Part shown: positions 49,264-58,638 of the stretch, piece after piece
How the letters are laid out: every line of letters starts with the position of its first letter
Position numbering within the stretch: position 1 is the stretch's first letter
Source of the DNA: Dysgonamonadaceae bacterium
GTDB taxonomy: Bacteria > Bacteroidota > Bacteroidia > Bacteroidales > Azobacteroidaceae
DNA: 64,000 bases
Direction: 5' to 3'
NCBI GenBank assembly: GCA_031257875.1
Contig: JAIRNV010000214.1
Span: 3,746 to 67,745, forward strand
Made by a program: the position numbers and the translations under genes
The notes under the pieces: generated by a model
What the model was told of the DNA's origin: nothing
The model's input: only the letters and a program-made list of their open reading frames with translations
Databases searched by the model: none

Positions 49264-50442
49264 ATGAAAAAATTATTCAGTATTTTATTATCTGCATTTT
49301 TATTAAACAGCTTCTCTCATGCAAAAGCCGAAAACAGTGATGACGGGTCGGGATTCAACCCGTCTTTTCATGTCGGCGTACTGGCTCACACTTACGTATC
49401 CATACAGCAGAACGGATTCGGTCGGTCATCTGCCGCCGCTTCTGCCGATCAATGGGTTGCAGGAGCGGCTTTATACCGGGCAAGGATTATGACGGAGGCG
49501 CGTCTGTCCAAAAGAGACTACATTTTTCTGGAAACGGAACTCACCTCGCCTGTCGGCACAGGTGCGGACAAAGCTGCCGGGATAAAGATTCTGGACGCCC
49601 AGTATGATCACCGCTTCTGCGACCAGCTCGCCGTTTCGGCCGGCAAGATACTGGTTTCACACAACAGGAACGGGTTGCAGACAGCCGGTACGCTCATGGT
49701 AAACGATTTCACCTACTTCCAGTATCCATATAATATGTCGAAAGACGATCCTTTACAAAACGACCTGGGAAGGGATATAGGCGTAAATCTTAGCGGCGGC
49801 GCAGCAAACGGCAAATTAAAATATCGCATCGGCGCATTCTCCGGAAGACGCGATTTTGAAGGACAGCAAACGGCGCCTTTGCGTACGGTGGGGCGGCTGG
49901 AATATAATTTCATGGATATTGATAAATATTCCGGTACCAATCTCGGCGAAGGAAAAACCGTTACGCTTGCGGGAGGTTTTGATACGCAAGGCACGTACCG
50001 GGCTGCCGGAGGCGACCTGTACGCCGACTATCCGCTGGGACGCGCCGGATCCATAACCCTCAATTCCGCCTTTTCGTACATAAGCGGAGGAAACGATCCG
50101 GACAGGAAATATTCTTTTGCTTCCATGATTCCCCGGCAAAACGTACAGTTAGTGGAACTGGGTTATTATTTCAAGTCGTGCAGAATACAACCGTGGGTGC
50201 GCTACGAAAAACAGGATATAAACGCCGAAAGCAACCAGGCGGGAGAAAAGAATATCAATGATTTTAATAAACTCAAATCAACAACTGTTTTCGGGGCGGG
50301 TATAAACTGGTTTTTTAACGGCTACAATACCAACCTGAAACTCTCGTATGTAAGCATGACGAAAGGAATAGAGGAGGGAGACGCAATCAGGCAAAAAGCA
50401 TACGGACAGATATGGATACAATTACAGTTATGTCTTTTCTAA
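49264..50442 (+). CDS. Outer-membrane porin, OprP/FmdC-like (probable urea/short-chain amide channel)
   Basis: Signal peptide, ILDA..D, GRDIG, amphipathic beta strands, terminal QLQLCLF; first gene of the urt cluster. Confidence 0.7.
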   Translation: MKKLFSILLSAFLLNSFSHAKAENSDDGSGFNPSFHVGVLAHTYVSIQQNGFGRSSAAASADQWVAGAALYRARIMTEARLSKRDYIFLETELTSPVGTGADKAAGIKILDAQYDHRFCDQLAVSAGKILVSHNRNGLQTAGTLMVNDFTYFQYPYNMSKDDPLQNDLGRDIGVNLSGGAANGKLKYRIGAFSGRRDFEGQQTAPLRTVGRLEYNFMDIDKYSGTNLGEGKTVTLAGGFDTQGTYRAAGGDLYADYPLGRAGSITLNSAFSYISGGNDPDRKYSFASMIPRQNVQLVELGYYFKSCRIQPWVRYEKQDINAESNQAGEKNINDFNKLKSTTVFGAGINWFFNGYNTNLKLSYVSMTKGIEEGDAIRQKAYGQIWIQLQLCLF

Positions 50443-50537
50443 TTGGGTGAACGGTGAACGGTGAAGGGTGAGCCATGTACCGTTTTCACCCGGACAAAAT
50501 ATAATTCCGCATATTACTAAATTTAAATATTTATCAC

Positions 50538-51794
50538 ATGAAAAAAATTTTATTCAAAAACTTATCTACAGCCTATATTGCTGTATTCGCAGGTTTAACG
50601 GTATGTTGCTCGGGTGGCGGCAAAAAATCACAGGAAAAACAGGAAATCGACGACAATGCGGTAGAAGTAGGCATTCTTCATTCTTTAAGCGGAACGATGG
50701 CTATCTCGGAAGTATCGTTGCGGGATGTACTGCTGATGGGTATTGAGGAAATCAATAATTCGGGAGGCGTTCTCGGCAAAAAAATTGTTCCCAGAGTGGT
50801 AGACCCCGCTTCCGACTGGGATTTATTCGCGGAAAAAGCAAAGGAATTGCTGACAAAAAATAAAGTCAGCGTAGTCTTCGGATGCTGGACTTCCGTATCC
50901 CGCAAGTCGGTATTGCCCGTATTTGAAGAATACAAAGGGCTTTTATTTTATCCCGTCCAGTACGAAGGCCAGGAATGTTCGCCGAACATCATCTATACGG
51001 GAGCAACCCCCAACCAGCAGTTAATTCCGGCGGCGCAGTACCTGATGAGCAAAGAGGGCGGCGAATACAAACAGTTCTATCTTCTGGGAACGGATTACGT
51101 ATTTCCCCGCACGGCCAATACCATACTTAGAAACTACCTGCTGTCGCAGGGCATTCCCGAACAGCATATTATTGAAGAATATACCCCTTTCAATCACCAG
51201 GATTACCAGACGATTGTTTCAAAAATAAAACGCTTTGCAGCTTCGGGCAAGGCATGCGTATTAAGCACCATCAACGGCGACAGCAATGTTCCCTTTTACA
51301 AAGAGTTTGCCAATCAGGGGCTAAGCGCGTCACACTGTCCGGTCATGGCTTTTTCCGTTGCGGAAGACGAGTTAAGGTCTATGGATACCGAATTTTTGGC
51401 CGGCCACCTGGCTGCCTGGAATTATTTCCAGTCAATAGCAACGCCCGATAATCTCCAATTTGTCGAAAATTTTAAAAACTATTGCAAGACAAATAATCTT
51501 CCGGGTAAGGACGCGCGTGTTACGGACGACCCTGTCTGCTGGTCATATACGGGACTTTATTTATGGAAGGCAGCCGTGGAAAAAGCCGGTTCGTTTGAGG
51601 TGGAAAAGGTTATCGCCGCCCTTTCGGATATGGAGTTTCAATCGCCTTCGGGACCGGTAAAAATGCACCCCGACAATCATCATCTGGCCAAGAAAGCTTT
51701 GATAGGAAAAATCAGGGCTGACGGACAGTTTGATATAATATGGGAAACGGATGACATTGTTGTTCCCGAACCGTTTAGCGAATTTGCAAAATAA
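50538..51794 (+). CDS. urtA: Urea ABC transporter substrate-binding protein
   Basis: VGILHSLSGTMAISE, DPASDW, FGCWTSVSRKSVLP, YPVQYEGQE, GTDYVFPRT, NGDSNVPF. Confidence 0.96.
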   Translation: MKKILFKNLSTAYIAVFAGLTVCCSGGGKKSQEKQEIDDNAVEVGILHSLSGTMAISEVSLRDVLLMGIEEINNSGGVLGKKIVPRVVDPASDWDLFAEKAKELLTKNKVSVVFGCWTSVSRKSVLPVFEEYKGLLFYPVQYEGQECSPNIIYTGATPNQQLIPAAQYLMSKEGGEYKQFYLLGTDYVFPRTANTILRNYLLSQGIPEQHIIEEYTPFNHQDYQTIVSKIKRFAASGKACVLSTINGDSNVPFYKEFANQGLSASHCPVMAFSVAEDELRSMDTEFLAGHLAAWNYFQSIATPDNLQFVENFKNYCKTNNLPGKDARVTDDPVCWSYTGLYLWKAAVEKAGSFEVEKVIAALSDMEFQSPSGPVKMHPDNHHLAKKALIGKIRADGQFDIIWETDDIVVPEPFSEFAK

Positions 51795-51799
51795 AAACA

Positions 51800-51850
51800 G
51801 TTACGAGTTACAAGTAATCCGACTAACTCGTAACTCGTAACTCGTAACTA
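51800..51850. repeat. Inverted heptamer repeats (GTTACGA / CGTAACT)
   Basis: gttacgagttacaag ... ctcgtaactcgtaactcgtaact. Confidence 0.8.
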
Positions 51851-51857
51851 AATAAAA

Positions 51858-52763
51858 ATGGGCATCGATCAAATACAGTACATATTCAGCGGACTAAGTC
51901 TGGGCAGCATACTCATTCTCGTGGCATTAGGCCTGTCTATCATATACGGTCTGGCAGGCATTATAAACATGAGTCACGGGGAATTTATGATGATAGGCGC
52001 CTACACGACATATTGTATTCAACAGTTATTTATACTGTATTTGCCGCAGGCATGGCTCGATATGGCATTTTTCATATCGTTGCCCCTGTCGTTCATGGTA
52101 GCTGGTCTTTTCGGGCTAATCATCGAACGGCTTATCATCAGGCACCTGTACAGCCGTCCGCTGGAAAGTCTGCTGGCCACCTGGGGAATCAGTCTGATTC
52201 TTATACAGATAGCGCGCAATCTGTTCGGCGATTTGACTGCGGTAAAAGCGCCCGCCGTTTTGTCCGGAGGCCTCCAAATTGCGGAAGGACTGATGCTTCC
52301 CTACAACAGGTTATTTATCATGGCTCTTACGGTTGCAGTTTTTATCTGCGTTTATTTTCTCTTTCAGAAAACGCGGCTGGGTATAAAAATAAGAGCCGTA
52401 ACTCAAAACCGCAATATGAGCGCCTGTGTCGGCATATCCACCAAAAAAATTGATATGATTACGTTCATGATCGGTTCCGGGCTGGCCGGTATAGCCGGTT
52501 GCGCCATAACGCTCATAGGAAATGTTGTTCCGAATATGGGGCAGACCTATATCGTCGACTCTTTTTTGGTTGTCGTTTCGGGCGGCGTCGGCAAACTGGC
52601 CGGCTGTGTCGTATCCGGTCTCGGAATAGGTATTTTTTCTAAAATATTTGAAGTAAACTTTGAAGCGGTTTACGGGAAAGCGCTTGTACTCATATTTATT
52701 ATCATATTCCTGCAGTACAGGCCGAAAGGCCTGTTTCCAGACAAAGGAAGAGCGGATGAATAA
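51858..52763 (+). CDS. urtB: Urea ABC transporter permease
   Basis: GLSLGSIL, INMSHGEFMM, LYSRPLESLLATWG, RAVTQNR, YIVDSFLVVV.GG. Confidence 0.95.
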   Translation: MGIDQIQYIFSGLSLGSILILVALGLSIIYGLAGIINMSHGEFMMIGAYTTYCIQQLFILYLPQAWLDMAFFISLPLSFMVAGLFGLIIERLIIRHLYSRPLESLLATWGISLILIQIARNLFGDLTAVKAPAVLSGGLQIAEGLMLPYNRLFIMALTVAVFICVYFLFQKTRLGIKIRAVTQNRNMSACVGISTKKIDMITFMIGSGLAGIAGCAITLIGNVVPNMGQTYIVDSFLVVVSGGVGKLAGCVVSGLGIGIFSKIFEVNFEAVYGKALVLIFIIIFLQYRPKGLFPDKGRADE

Positions 52764-52813
52764 TGATTAATGGTTAATGATTAATGATTAATGATTAATG
52801 ATTAACCACTAAC
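52761..52813 (+). repeat. Heptamer repeat (TAATGAT)n starting at the urtB stop
   Basis: About 7 units read directly. Confidence 0.85.
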
Positions 52814-52837
52814 AGGCACGAGGTAAAGTGTATTACA

Positions 52838-53105
52838 GACGGTTTCGCCGCGCGTCGCAAACGCCAAAAAGTCGTCAGGACGTTTTCGTACTGGTACGAA
52901 AGTTCCAAAAAGTCGTCAGGACGGTTTCGTACTAATACGAAAGTTCCAAAAAGCCGTCAGGACGTTTTCGTACTAATACGAAAGTTCCAAAAAGTCGTCA
53001 GGACGGTTTCGTACTAGTACGAAAGTTCCAAAAAGTCGTCAGGACGGTTTCGCCGCACGTCGCAAACGCCAAAAAGTCGTCAGGACGGTTTCGCATATCT
53101 GCAAA
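52838..53105. repeat. 41-bp tandem array (6 full units plus 1 partial): constant 25-nt part and variable dyad-forming part
   Basis: Units at 52838, 52879, 52920, 52961, 53002, 53043, 53084; constant CCAAAAAG(T/C)CGTCAGGACG(G/T)TTTCG. Confidence 0.95.
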
Positions 53106-53153
53106 TTAACAAGTTCTGTAATTTGCGTAACATGAGTTAATCATTAAATAAAC

Positions 53154-54197
53154 ATGCACAATAACAAATTATTATATATCCTGTTTGGAATCATCTTTTT
53201 GATTCTTCTTCCCGTAGCAAACGTAGCCGGCATGATAGACGCGGGAACGATGGCGCTGTGGGGCCGCTACCTTTGTTTTGCCATTGCAGCCATAGGGATA
53301 GACCTGATATGGGGATACACGGGCATCATGTCGATGTGTCACGCATTCTTTTTCTGCCTCGGCGCCTACGGTCTGGGCATGTTTATGACTGTCTCCAATT
53401 TGCCGGAAGGACAGGCCGTCCCCGATTTTATGTCATGGAACAGAGTCGAATCCCTGCCGTTTTTCTGGATACCGTTCCAAAATTTCTTTTCTGCAATCGT
53501 TTCATGCCTTGTCGTTACAGGTATTTTCGCATTCCTGTTTGGTTACTTCATTTTCCGGCGCAGGATAAAAGGCGTATTTTTTGCTATTATAACACAGGCG
53601 TTTGCATTGGCCATGTACCTGCTTTTTTCCCGCAACGAGACTTTGCTCGGCGGATCAAACGGGTTAACTAACTTCAAATATATACTGGGATTTGATTTAC
53701 ATTCCGGAAACGTCAAATTAGCGCTCTATCTGATAACGGCAGTATTTCTTATCCTTATTTTCTTTTTATCGAAAAAATTAACGGAATCCAAATTCGGGAA
53801 AGTGCTTGCCGGTATACGCGACAGCGAATCGCGCCTGAGATTTACCGGATATAAAGTGGTCAGTTACCAGACGGTCATATTTATTATCGGGGCGCTTATC
53901 GCCGCCATCGGAGGAATGTTGTATTTGCCGCAGACAGGCATCATCACCCCCGGACGAATGGATGTGAAAGCGTCCATAGAAATGCTTGTATGGGTAGCCC
54001 TGGGAGGACGCGGAAACTTGAAAGGCGCTGTGACAGGAGCGCTTATTGTAAACCTGCTTTACAATATTTTCACGTCGTTAATGCCGGAAGCATGGCCCTA
54101 TATATTGGGCGCACTGTATATCATTACGGTGCTGTTTTTGAAAAACGGCATAGCCGGACTGTTCGGGTCGCGCAGCACGCCAATCCGTAATTCGTAA
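53154..54197 (+). CDS. urtC: Urea ABC transporter permease
   Basis: GRYLCFAI...DLIWGYTG, PDFM.W, GGSNGLT, IRDSESR.RF.GY, WVALGGRG. Confidence 0.95.
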   Translation: MHNNKLLYILFGIIFLILLPVANVAGMIDAGTMALWGRYLCFAIAAIGIDLIWGYTGIMSMCHAFFFCLGAYGLGMFMTVSNLPEGQAVPDFMSWNRVESLPFFWIPFQNFFSAIVSCLVVTGIFAFLFGYFIFRRRIKGVFFAIITQAFALAMYLLFSRNETLLGGSNGLTNFKYILGFDLHSGNVKLALYLITAVFLILIFFLSKKLTESKFGKVLAGIRDSESRLRFTGYKVVSYQTVIFIIGALIAAIGGMLYLPQTGIITPGRMDVKASIEMLVWVALGGRGNLKGAVTGALIVNLLYNIFTSLMPEAWPYILGALYIITVLFLKNGIAGLFGSRSTPIRNS

Positions 54198-54262
54198 CTG
54201 CACCGAAGGCAGACGCGGGATAAATCACAAATAATTCGTAATTTTGCCCTAAAATTTGAAAT

Positions 54263-54496
54263 ATGGAAAAAACATTGGACAGAGAAGCAAAAAACAGAAT
54301 AGGATACATGAATTTTATAATCATCCGGTTTGCACGCGGATTTAAGATGCTCATTCCTGAAGCGTTTAAATATTTAGACTGCTACGGAGGACTTGATTTC
54401 CTGTACAGTCATTATGAGTATGAACATACACAGTCGGAGCATAATACTTGCATGACTTTACTCAGGGTGTGCCGTAATAATGGAGGATGGCTGTAA
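54263..54496 (+). CDS. DUF3791 family protein
   Basis: AFKYL..YGGLDFL..HYEYEHT.S, C.NNGG.L; own -7 motif TAATTTTG at 54239. Confidence 0.8.
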   Translation: MEKTLDREAKNRIGYMNFIIIRFARGFKMLIPEAFKYLDCYGGLDFLYSHYEYEHTQSEHNTCMTLLRVCRNNGGWL

Positions 54497-55177
54497 ATGA
54501 AAGTATTTCACGGAAGCGATATTAGAATTGAAAAAATTGACCTTGCCAAAGGTAGCGAGTTCAAGGATTTTGGTCGTGGCTTTTATGTTACCAATATTCG
54601 TAAACATGCGCACCAAAGAGCAATCGATGTTTCTTTTGTGCATGGAACAACCCCGGTCGTAACCGAATTTGACTATCTCGAAGCTTATCCTGTTACTATG
54701 AATTTGGCGGTTAAGCATTTTGAAAATGTTTCCGAAGAATGGGTAAAATTTATCATTATGAATCGCAGCAGGGAAATAAATCATCCCGCTCATGCATTCG
54801 ATATCGTTGAAGGTCCCATAGCTAATGACTGGATAACTTCACAAATAGAACGCTATCAAAAAGGCAAAATCACAATTGAAAAACTGATTGAAAAACTCAC
54901 ATATCGTGAGCAGACTCATCAAATTTGTTTTTGTACTCCGGAATCTTTGTGGGCGCTCGAACTCATTGATGATGATATTCGTTTCGATATTGAAGATATT
55001 ACGAATGCTATTGTTGAAGTCTTAACAATAGAACGTAATATGGATGAACTTACGGCAATCCGCACACTGTTTAGCTCTGCCGTATATGAACAACTGTCCG
55101 GTTCGGACACAAAAATGTATCTATCATCATGGATTGATATTTACTCAATGTTAATACAGGAACTCGACAGCAAATGA
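54497..55177 (+). CDS. DUF3990 family protein (predicted ADP-ribosyltransferase-like fold) with helical C-terminal extension
   Basis: MKVFHGS, KDFGRGFYVT, EEWVKFI..NR, DIVEGPIAND, QICF.T. Confidence 0.85.
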   Translation: MKVFHGSDIRIEKIDLAKGSEFKDFGRGFYVTNIRKHAHQRAIDVSFVHGTTPVVTEFDYLEAYPVTMNLAVKHFENVSEEWVKFIIMNRSREINHPAHAFDIVEGPIANDWITSQIERYQKGKITIEKLIEKLTYREQTHQICFCTPESLWALELIDDDIRFDIEDITNAIVEVLTIERNMDELTAIRTLFSSAVYEQLSGSDTKMYLSSWIDIYSMLIQELDSK

Positions 55178-55218
55178 ACATCATTTACAGTGATTAATCA
55201 CGAATTATTATCTTATAG

Positions 55219-55259
55219 CCTCCCCCCAACCCCCTCCAAAGGAGGGGGTTGGGGGGAGG
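55219..55259. repeat. Perfect 19-bp C/G-rich inverted repeat with a 3-nt loop
   Basis: CCTCCCCCCAACCCCCTCC-AAA-GGAGGGGGTTGGGGGGAGG. Confidence 0.95.
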
Positions 55260-55275
55260 TCAATCATTATTCATT

Positions 55276-56028
55276 ATGTTATCCATATCCAATTTAAATG
55301 TTTCTTTCGGCGGCGTTCAAGCGCTTAACCTTACTCATTTTGAACTGAAAGACAAAGAACTAAGAGTGATAATAGGTCCTAACGGCGCCGGCAAGTCCAC
55401 CTTTATGGATGTTCTCTGCGGCAAAACCGTCCCCACCGGAGGTTCTGCCTGTTTCAAAGGGACAAACCTGATAGGAAAGTCGGAAATAGAAATCGCACGC
55501 ATGGGGATAGGGCGCAAATTCCAGAAACCGTCCGTCTTTGAAGGCCTGTCTGTCTTCGACAATCTCATGCTGGGATTAAAAGGGAAAAAAGGATGTTTCT
55601 CTTCCCTGTTTTTCAAACTCAAACCGGAGCAGAAAAACAGAATCATCAGTGTGGCAAAGCGCGTCAATTTATACGAAAAACTGTATGCACCGGCCGGTTC
55701 ACTGTCGCACGGACAAAAGCAGTGGCTTGAGATTGCCATCGTCCTGCTGCAGGAACCCAAACTGATGTTGATAGACGAACCTGCCGCCGGCATGTCGGAT
55801 GCGGAAACGGAAAAAACGGGCGAATTGCTGTGTGAACTGGCTCAGAATAACGGTGTGATTGTGATTGAACACGATATGCACTTTGTGAAGCAGATTGCAC
55901 AGGACAAAGTAACCGTGCTGGTACGCGGGGAAATACTGACCGAAGGAAGTTTTGACGAAGTGAAAAACAACCGGGACGTGATTGATTGCTATCTGGGGAC
56001 TCCCGAATCGGCGCAGACAAGAAAATAA
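55276..56028 (+). CDS. urtD: Urea ABC transporter ATP-binding protein
   Basis: GPNGAGKST, GIGRKFQKPSVF, LSHGQKQWLEI, DEPAAGM, IEHDM. Confidence 0.95.
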   Translation: MLSISNLNVSFGGVQALNLTHFELKDKELRVIIGPNGAGKSTFMDVLCGKTVPTGGSACFKGTNLIGKSEIEIARMGIGRKFQKPSVFEGLSVFDNLMLGLKGKKGCFSSLFFKLKPEQKNRIISVAKRVNLYEKLYAPAGSLSHGQKQWLEIAIVLLQEPKLMLIDEPAAGMSDAETEKTGELLCELAQNNGVIVIEHDMHFVKQIAQDKVTVLVRGEILTEGSFDEVKNNRDVIDCYLGTPESAQTRK

Positions 56029-56122
56029 GTTTTTGAGTTACCGGTTGTACTGTATTTCAACCTCACTGCATCATTACGAACTGCGAAGCAGTGAAGCAAT
56101 CCGGAATAAGTACGGTTCATTC

Positions 56123-56162
56123 AAAAAAAAACGTTGCCGCAGTGATGTGGCAACGTTTTTTT
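56123..56162. terminator. Bidirectional intrinsic terminator between urtD and the convergent surface-protein gene
   Basis: A-run, CGTTGCC(G)CA-GTGA-TG(T)GGCAACG, T-run. Confidence 0.85.
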
Positions 56163-56238
56163 CCAAAACACTATCCTTTACAGTAAGTGTAAAAGCAGAT
56201 TAACAATTCAAAACAGTATTTTTATAAAAAAGAAAATA

Positions 56239-58638
56239 CTATATCACGGCTTTCTTTACCCATCCGGAGCTGCCTTTGATGACAAGAACACCTTTCGGAA
56301 GCCCGGAAACAGACGCCTTTCCCGCCGGCTTGTCCAGACTGTAGAGCAACTTCCCGCCGACAGAATAAATACCGACCTTTTCGGCTGCAGGCGAAATTAC
56401 ATGCAAAGCCCGACTGTCTCCATATACCTGTACGGACTGTGCGAACAGCGGCGCAATACCCGAACCGGAATCCCTGGTTACCTTTATATGGTACTCCTTT
56501 TTTGTATCGTCCTCGGCAGTTACCGTAACCGTAAAAGTCGAATCACTGTTCAGATCATGCTCTTTATTGCCGTTAACTTCCGCCTCTTCATGGCTTGGCA
56601 GTGCAACAATAAAAATATACTCCTGTTCACCGGGAACAGTAACCGAATAGTTCGCAGTATCGGGATGGAAAGCAGGCGAAAGTTCGCCGCCAGGCGTCAC
56701 GGACAGTAACTTCAGGGTAGCATCGGAAGAGTAAGACGCCAGTTTAACCGTATATATCAGCTCGTCGGTACGTCCCGGATCAAATGTCTTTACCCTGACG
56801 GAATAATTGTCGTTATCTTTAATCACACTCCATGTATAGGAAACAGATGTTTCTGCTGTAGTGGCATCTACTGTAATATCCTCCAGTTTTACATTCGTAG
56901 GAAAAGACGCCCTGTAACCATCGTACTTATCGCCTTCCGGTGTCACTGTATGAGAGAAAGTACCGGCTCCATCTTTCAGAACAAGTTTGCTCAGTCTCAA
57001 ATTCCAGCCTTTCACCAGCGACAGCCTGTATTCCCGCTCTACACTTCCATCCCTGACCGTAAACACGGATGTGGCAAAACCCTCATCGGCTTTACCCACC
57101 GGGATTCTGAACTTATAAAGACCTTCTTTCTCTTGCGCAGACGTCGATAATTTACTGCCGCTTGGCGTTGCTTCTGACAGCCCGATCAGTTCAACTTTGG
57201 CATGCGTATCGTTAACCGTAAGCCATACAGAGATGGAATCCTGTGCATTATACTTCAGCGTAAGCGGATAGATTAAAGTATCGGAATCGAAATGGAAATG
57301 GAACTCACTATGATCTAAATTCGTCGTACCGACACTGTCCTTCAAAACAAAACTCTTCAGCGACACCTCCGGATATCTCACCGTTATTTTATAGGTTTTT
57401 ACAGTCGTTCTGCCATCCAGACTTAACACATTAACTTCGTAATAAGCCGGATCGCCTTCATGAAACTCATACTTCAAGTTGCCTATAAAGATGGTGTCCG
57501 CGTTGCTGTTAGAGCCTTTGACTGTGTCCCATACGTAACCGACAACAGCATCAGGAGCAAACTCCCGTGGGATAGTAACCTTATATTCGAATGTATTTCT
57601 ATTAAACTCCTTGTCCAGCTTATAGAACCCATCCTTGGAATCCAGCAGATAAAGACTGTCAAGTTTCGGAGTACTGCCGATTACTTTGTTCTTTTGTTCA
57701 TCTTCAAAAGACTCGGCGGGCCGTGCAAAAATCTTCACTTTGTACTCACTCTTCGTTGTCCCGTCTTCAGCCGTTACCGTGATCGTAACAAACGTGCCCG
57801 GCTCAATGGAATATACGGAACAGTCACCGGCAAACTTGTACTCTTTCGCGGCAATTTCATTGCCCAACTGCCCAACCTTAACCTTACTAAACATGTCCTT
57901 TTGCCTCAAAACAAGAGCAAGCTTCTGATCCGCATTGACGGAATCTTTTTCCACATAGTTGTCTCCCGGCTCGACAGTTTTGATAGAATCATTAAGGTAC
58001 TTGAAAAAAACGGAATCTTTTCTCTCCCCTTCTTCCTTAGCAAAAAGAGCTGCTTTTTTAAATTCCTCTTCCCATTTAGCAGTGTCAGTACTCGCAACCA
58101 CAGCCAGTTTGATAAGGCTGGAAATGCTGCTTTTGGCAACCCTGGTGACAGTAAGCTTATATTGATAAGCTGTCCCTGCAACCGTAAAACTGAGCGAACC
58201 GTCAATCTGGTCCGACGCATCCTTAAATCTGATTACATAAACTTTGTCATAATGACCGTCATACTTACCATCTTTGAATCCGCCGTCTCCACCATCTTCT
58301 TTGTATATTGCGGGGATAATCTCATCACCCTTCTTAACCGTTACGGGTATCGAATCCTTCGTGTTCAAGTTTAGCAAGGCCGGTTCCGGCAACCATTTGA
58401 CACCAACATAGAAAGTGTCTGCCCTGAAAGGAATCTGGGCGGTGTAATCCGTTACCGATGCAATAAAATTGGAAGGAGACACCGTAAGAGGGTGTGCCAC
58501 ACCATCTTTAACCCAATACACACCAATTTCCTTTGGCACACGTATTGTGTCACTGCCATTCGCCATCGTCTGTAGCGTTACCGTGAACAGCCCGACAAGC
58601 GCCATCCACATCAAAAAAAAGTTTTTGTTTCTTTTCAT
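56239..58638 (-). CDS. Cadherin-like beta-sandwich repeat surface protein with T9SS-like C-terminal sorting domain
   Basis: Signal peptide; VTAEDGTT..Y.V repeats; DATLKLLSVTPG.LSPAF.PDT..YSVTVP; C-terminus IYSVGGKLL...VLVIKGSSGWVKKAVI. Confidence 0.85.
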   Translation of the reverse strand: MKRNKNFFLMWMALVGLFTVTLQTMANGSDTIRVPKEIGVYWVKDGVAHPLTVSPSNFIASVTDYTAQIPFRADTFYVGVKWLPEPALLNLNTKDSIPVTVKKGDEIIPAIYKEDGGDGGFKDGKYDGHYDKVYVIRFKDASDQIDGSLSFTVAGTAYQYKLTVTRVAKSSISSLIKLAVVASTDTAKWEEEFKKAALFAKEEGERKDSVFFKYLNDSIKTVEPGDNYVEKDSVNADQKLALVLRQKDMFSKVKVGQLGNEIAAKEYKFAGDCSVYSIEPGTFVTITVTAEDGTTKSEYKVKIFARPAESFEDEQKNKVIGSTPKLDSLYLLDSKDGFYKLDKEFNRNTFEYKVTIPREFAPDAVVGYVWDTVKGSNSNADTIFIGNLKYEFHEGDPAYYEVNVLSLDGRTTVKTYKITVRYPEVSLKSFVLKDSVGTTNLDHSEFHFHFDSDTLIYPLTLKYNAQDSISVWLTVNDTHAKVELIGLSEATPSGSKLSTSAQEKEGLYKFRIPVGKADEGFATSVFTVRDGSVEREYRLSLVKGWNLRLSKLVLKDGAGTFSHTVTPEGDKYDGYRASFPTNVKLEDITVDATTAETSVSYTWSVIKDNDNYSVRVKTFDPGRTDELIYTVKLASYSSDATLKLLSVTPGGELSPAFHPDTANYSVTVPGEQEYIFIVALPSHEEAEVNGNKEHDLNSDSTFTVTVTAEDDTKKEYHIKVTRDSGSGIAPLFAQSVQVYGDSRALHVISPAAEKVGIYSVGGKLLYSLDKPAGKASVSGLPKGVLVIKGSSGWVKKAVI

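Noticed and set aside
52838-53105. CRISPR array call
   Set aside because: Variable segments are only 16 nt, recur within the array and are self-complementary. There are no cas genes in the window. Kept as a non-CRISPR array.
57460-58374. 304-aa plus-strand ORF
   Set aside because: Antisense shadow of the 799-aa surface protein.
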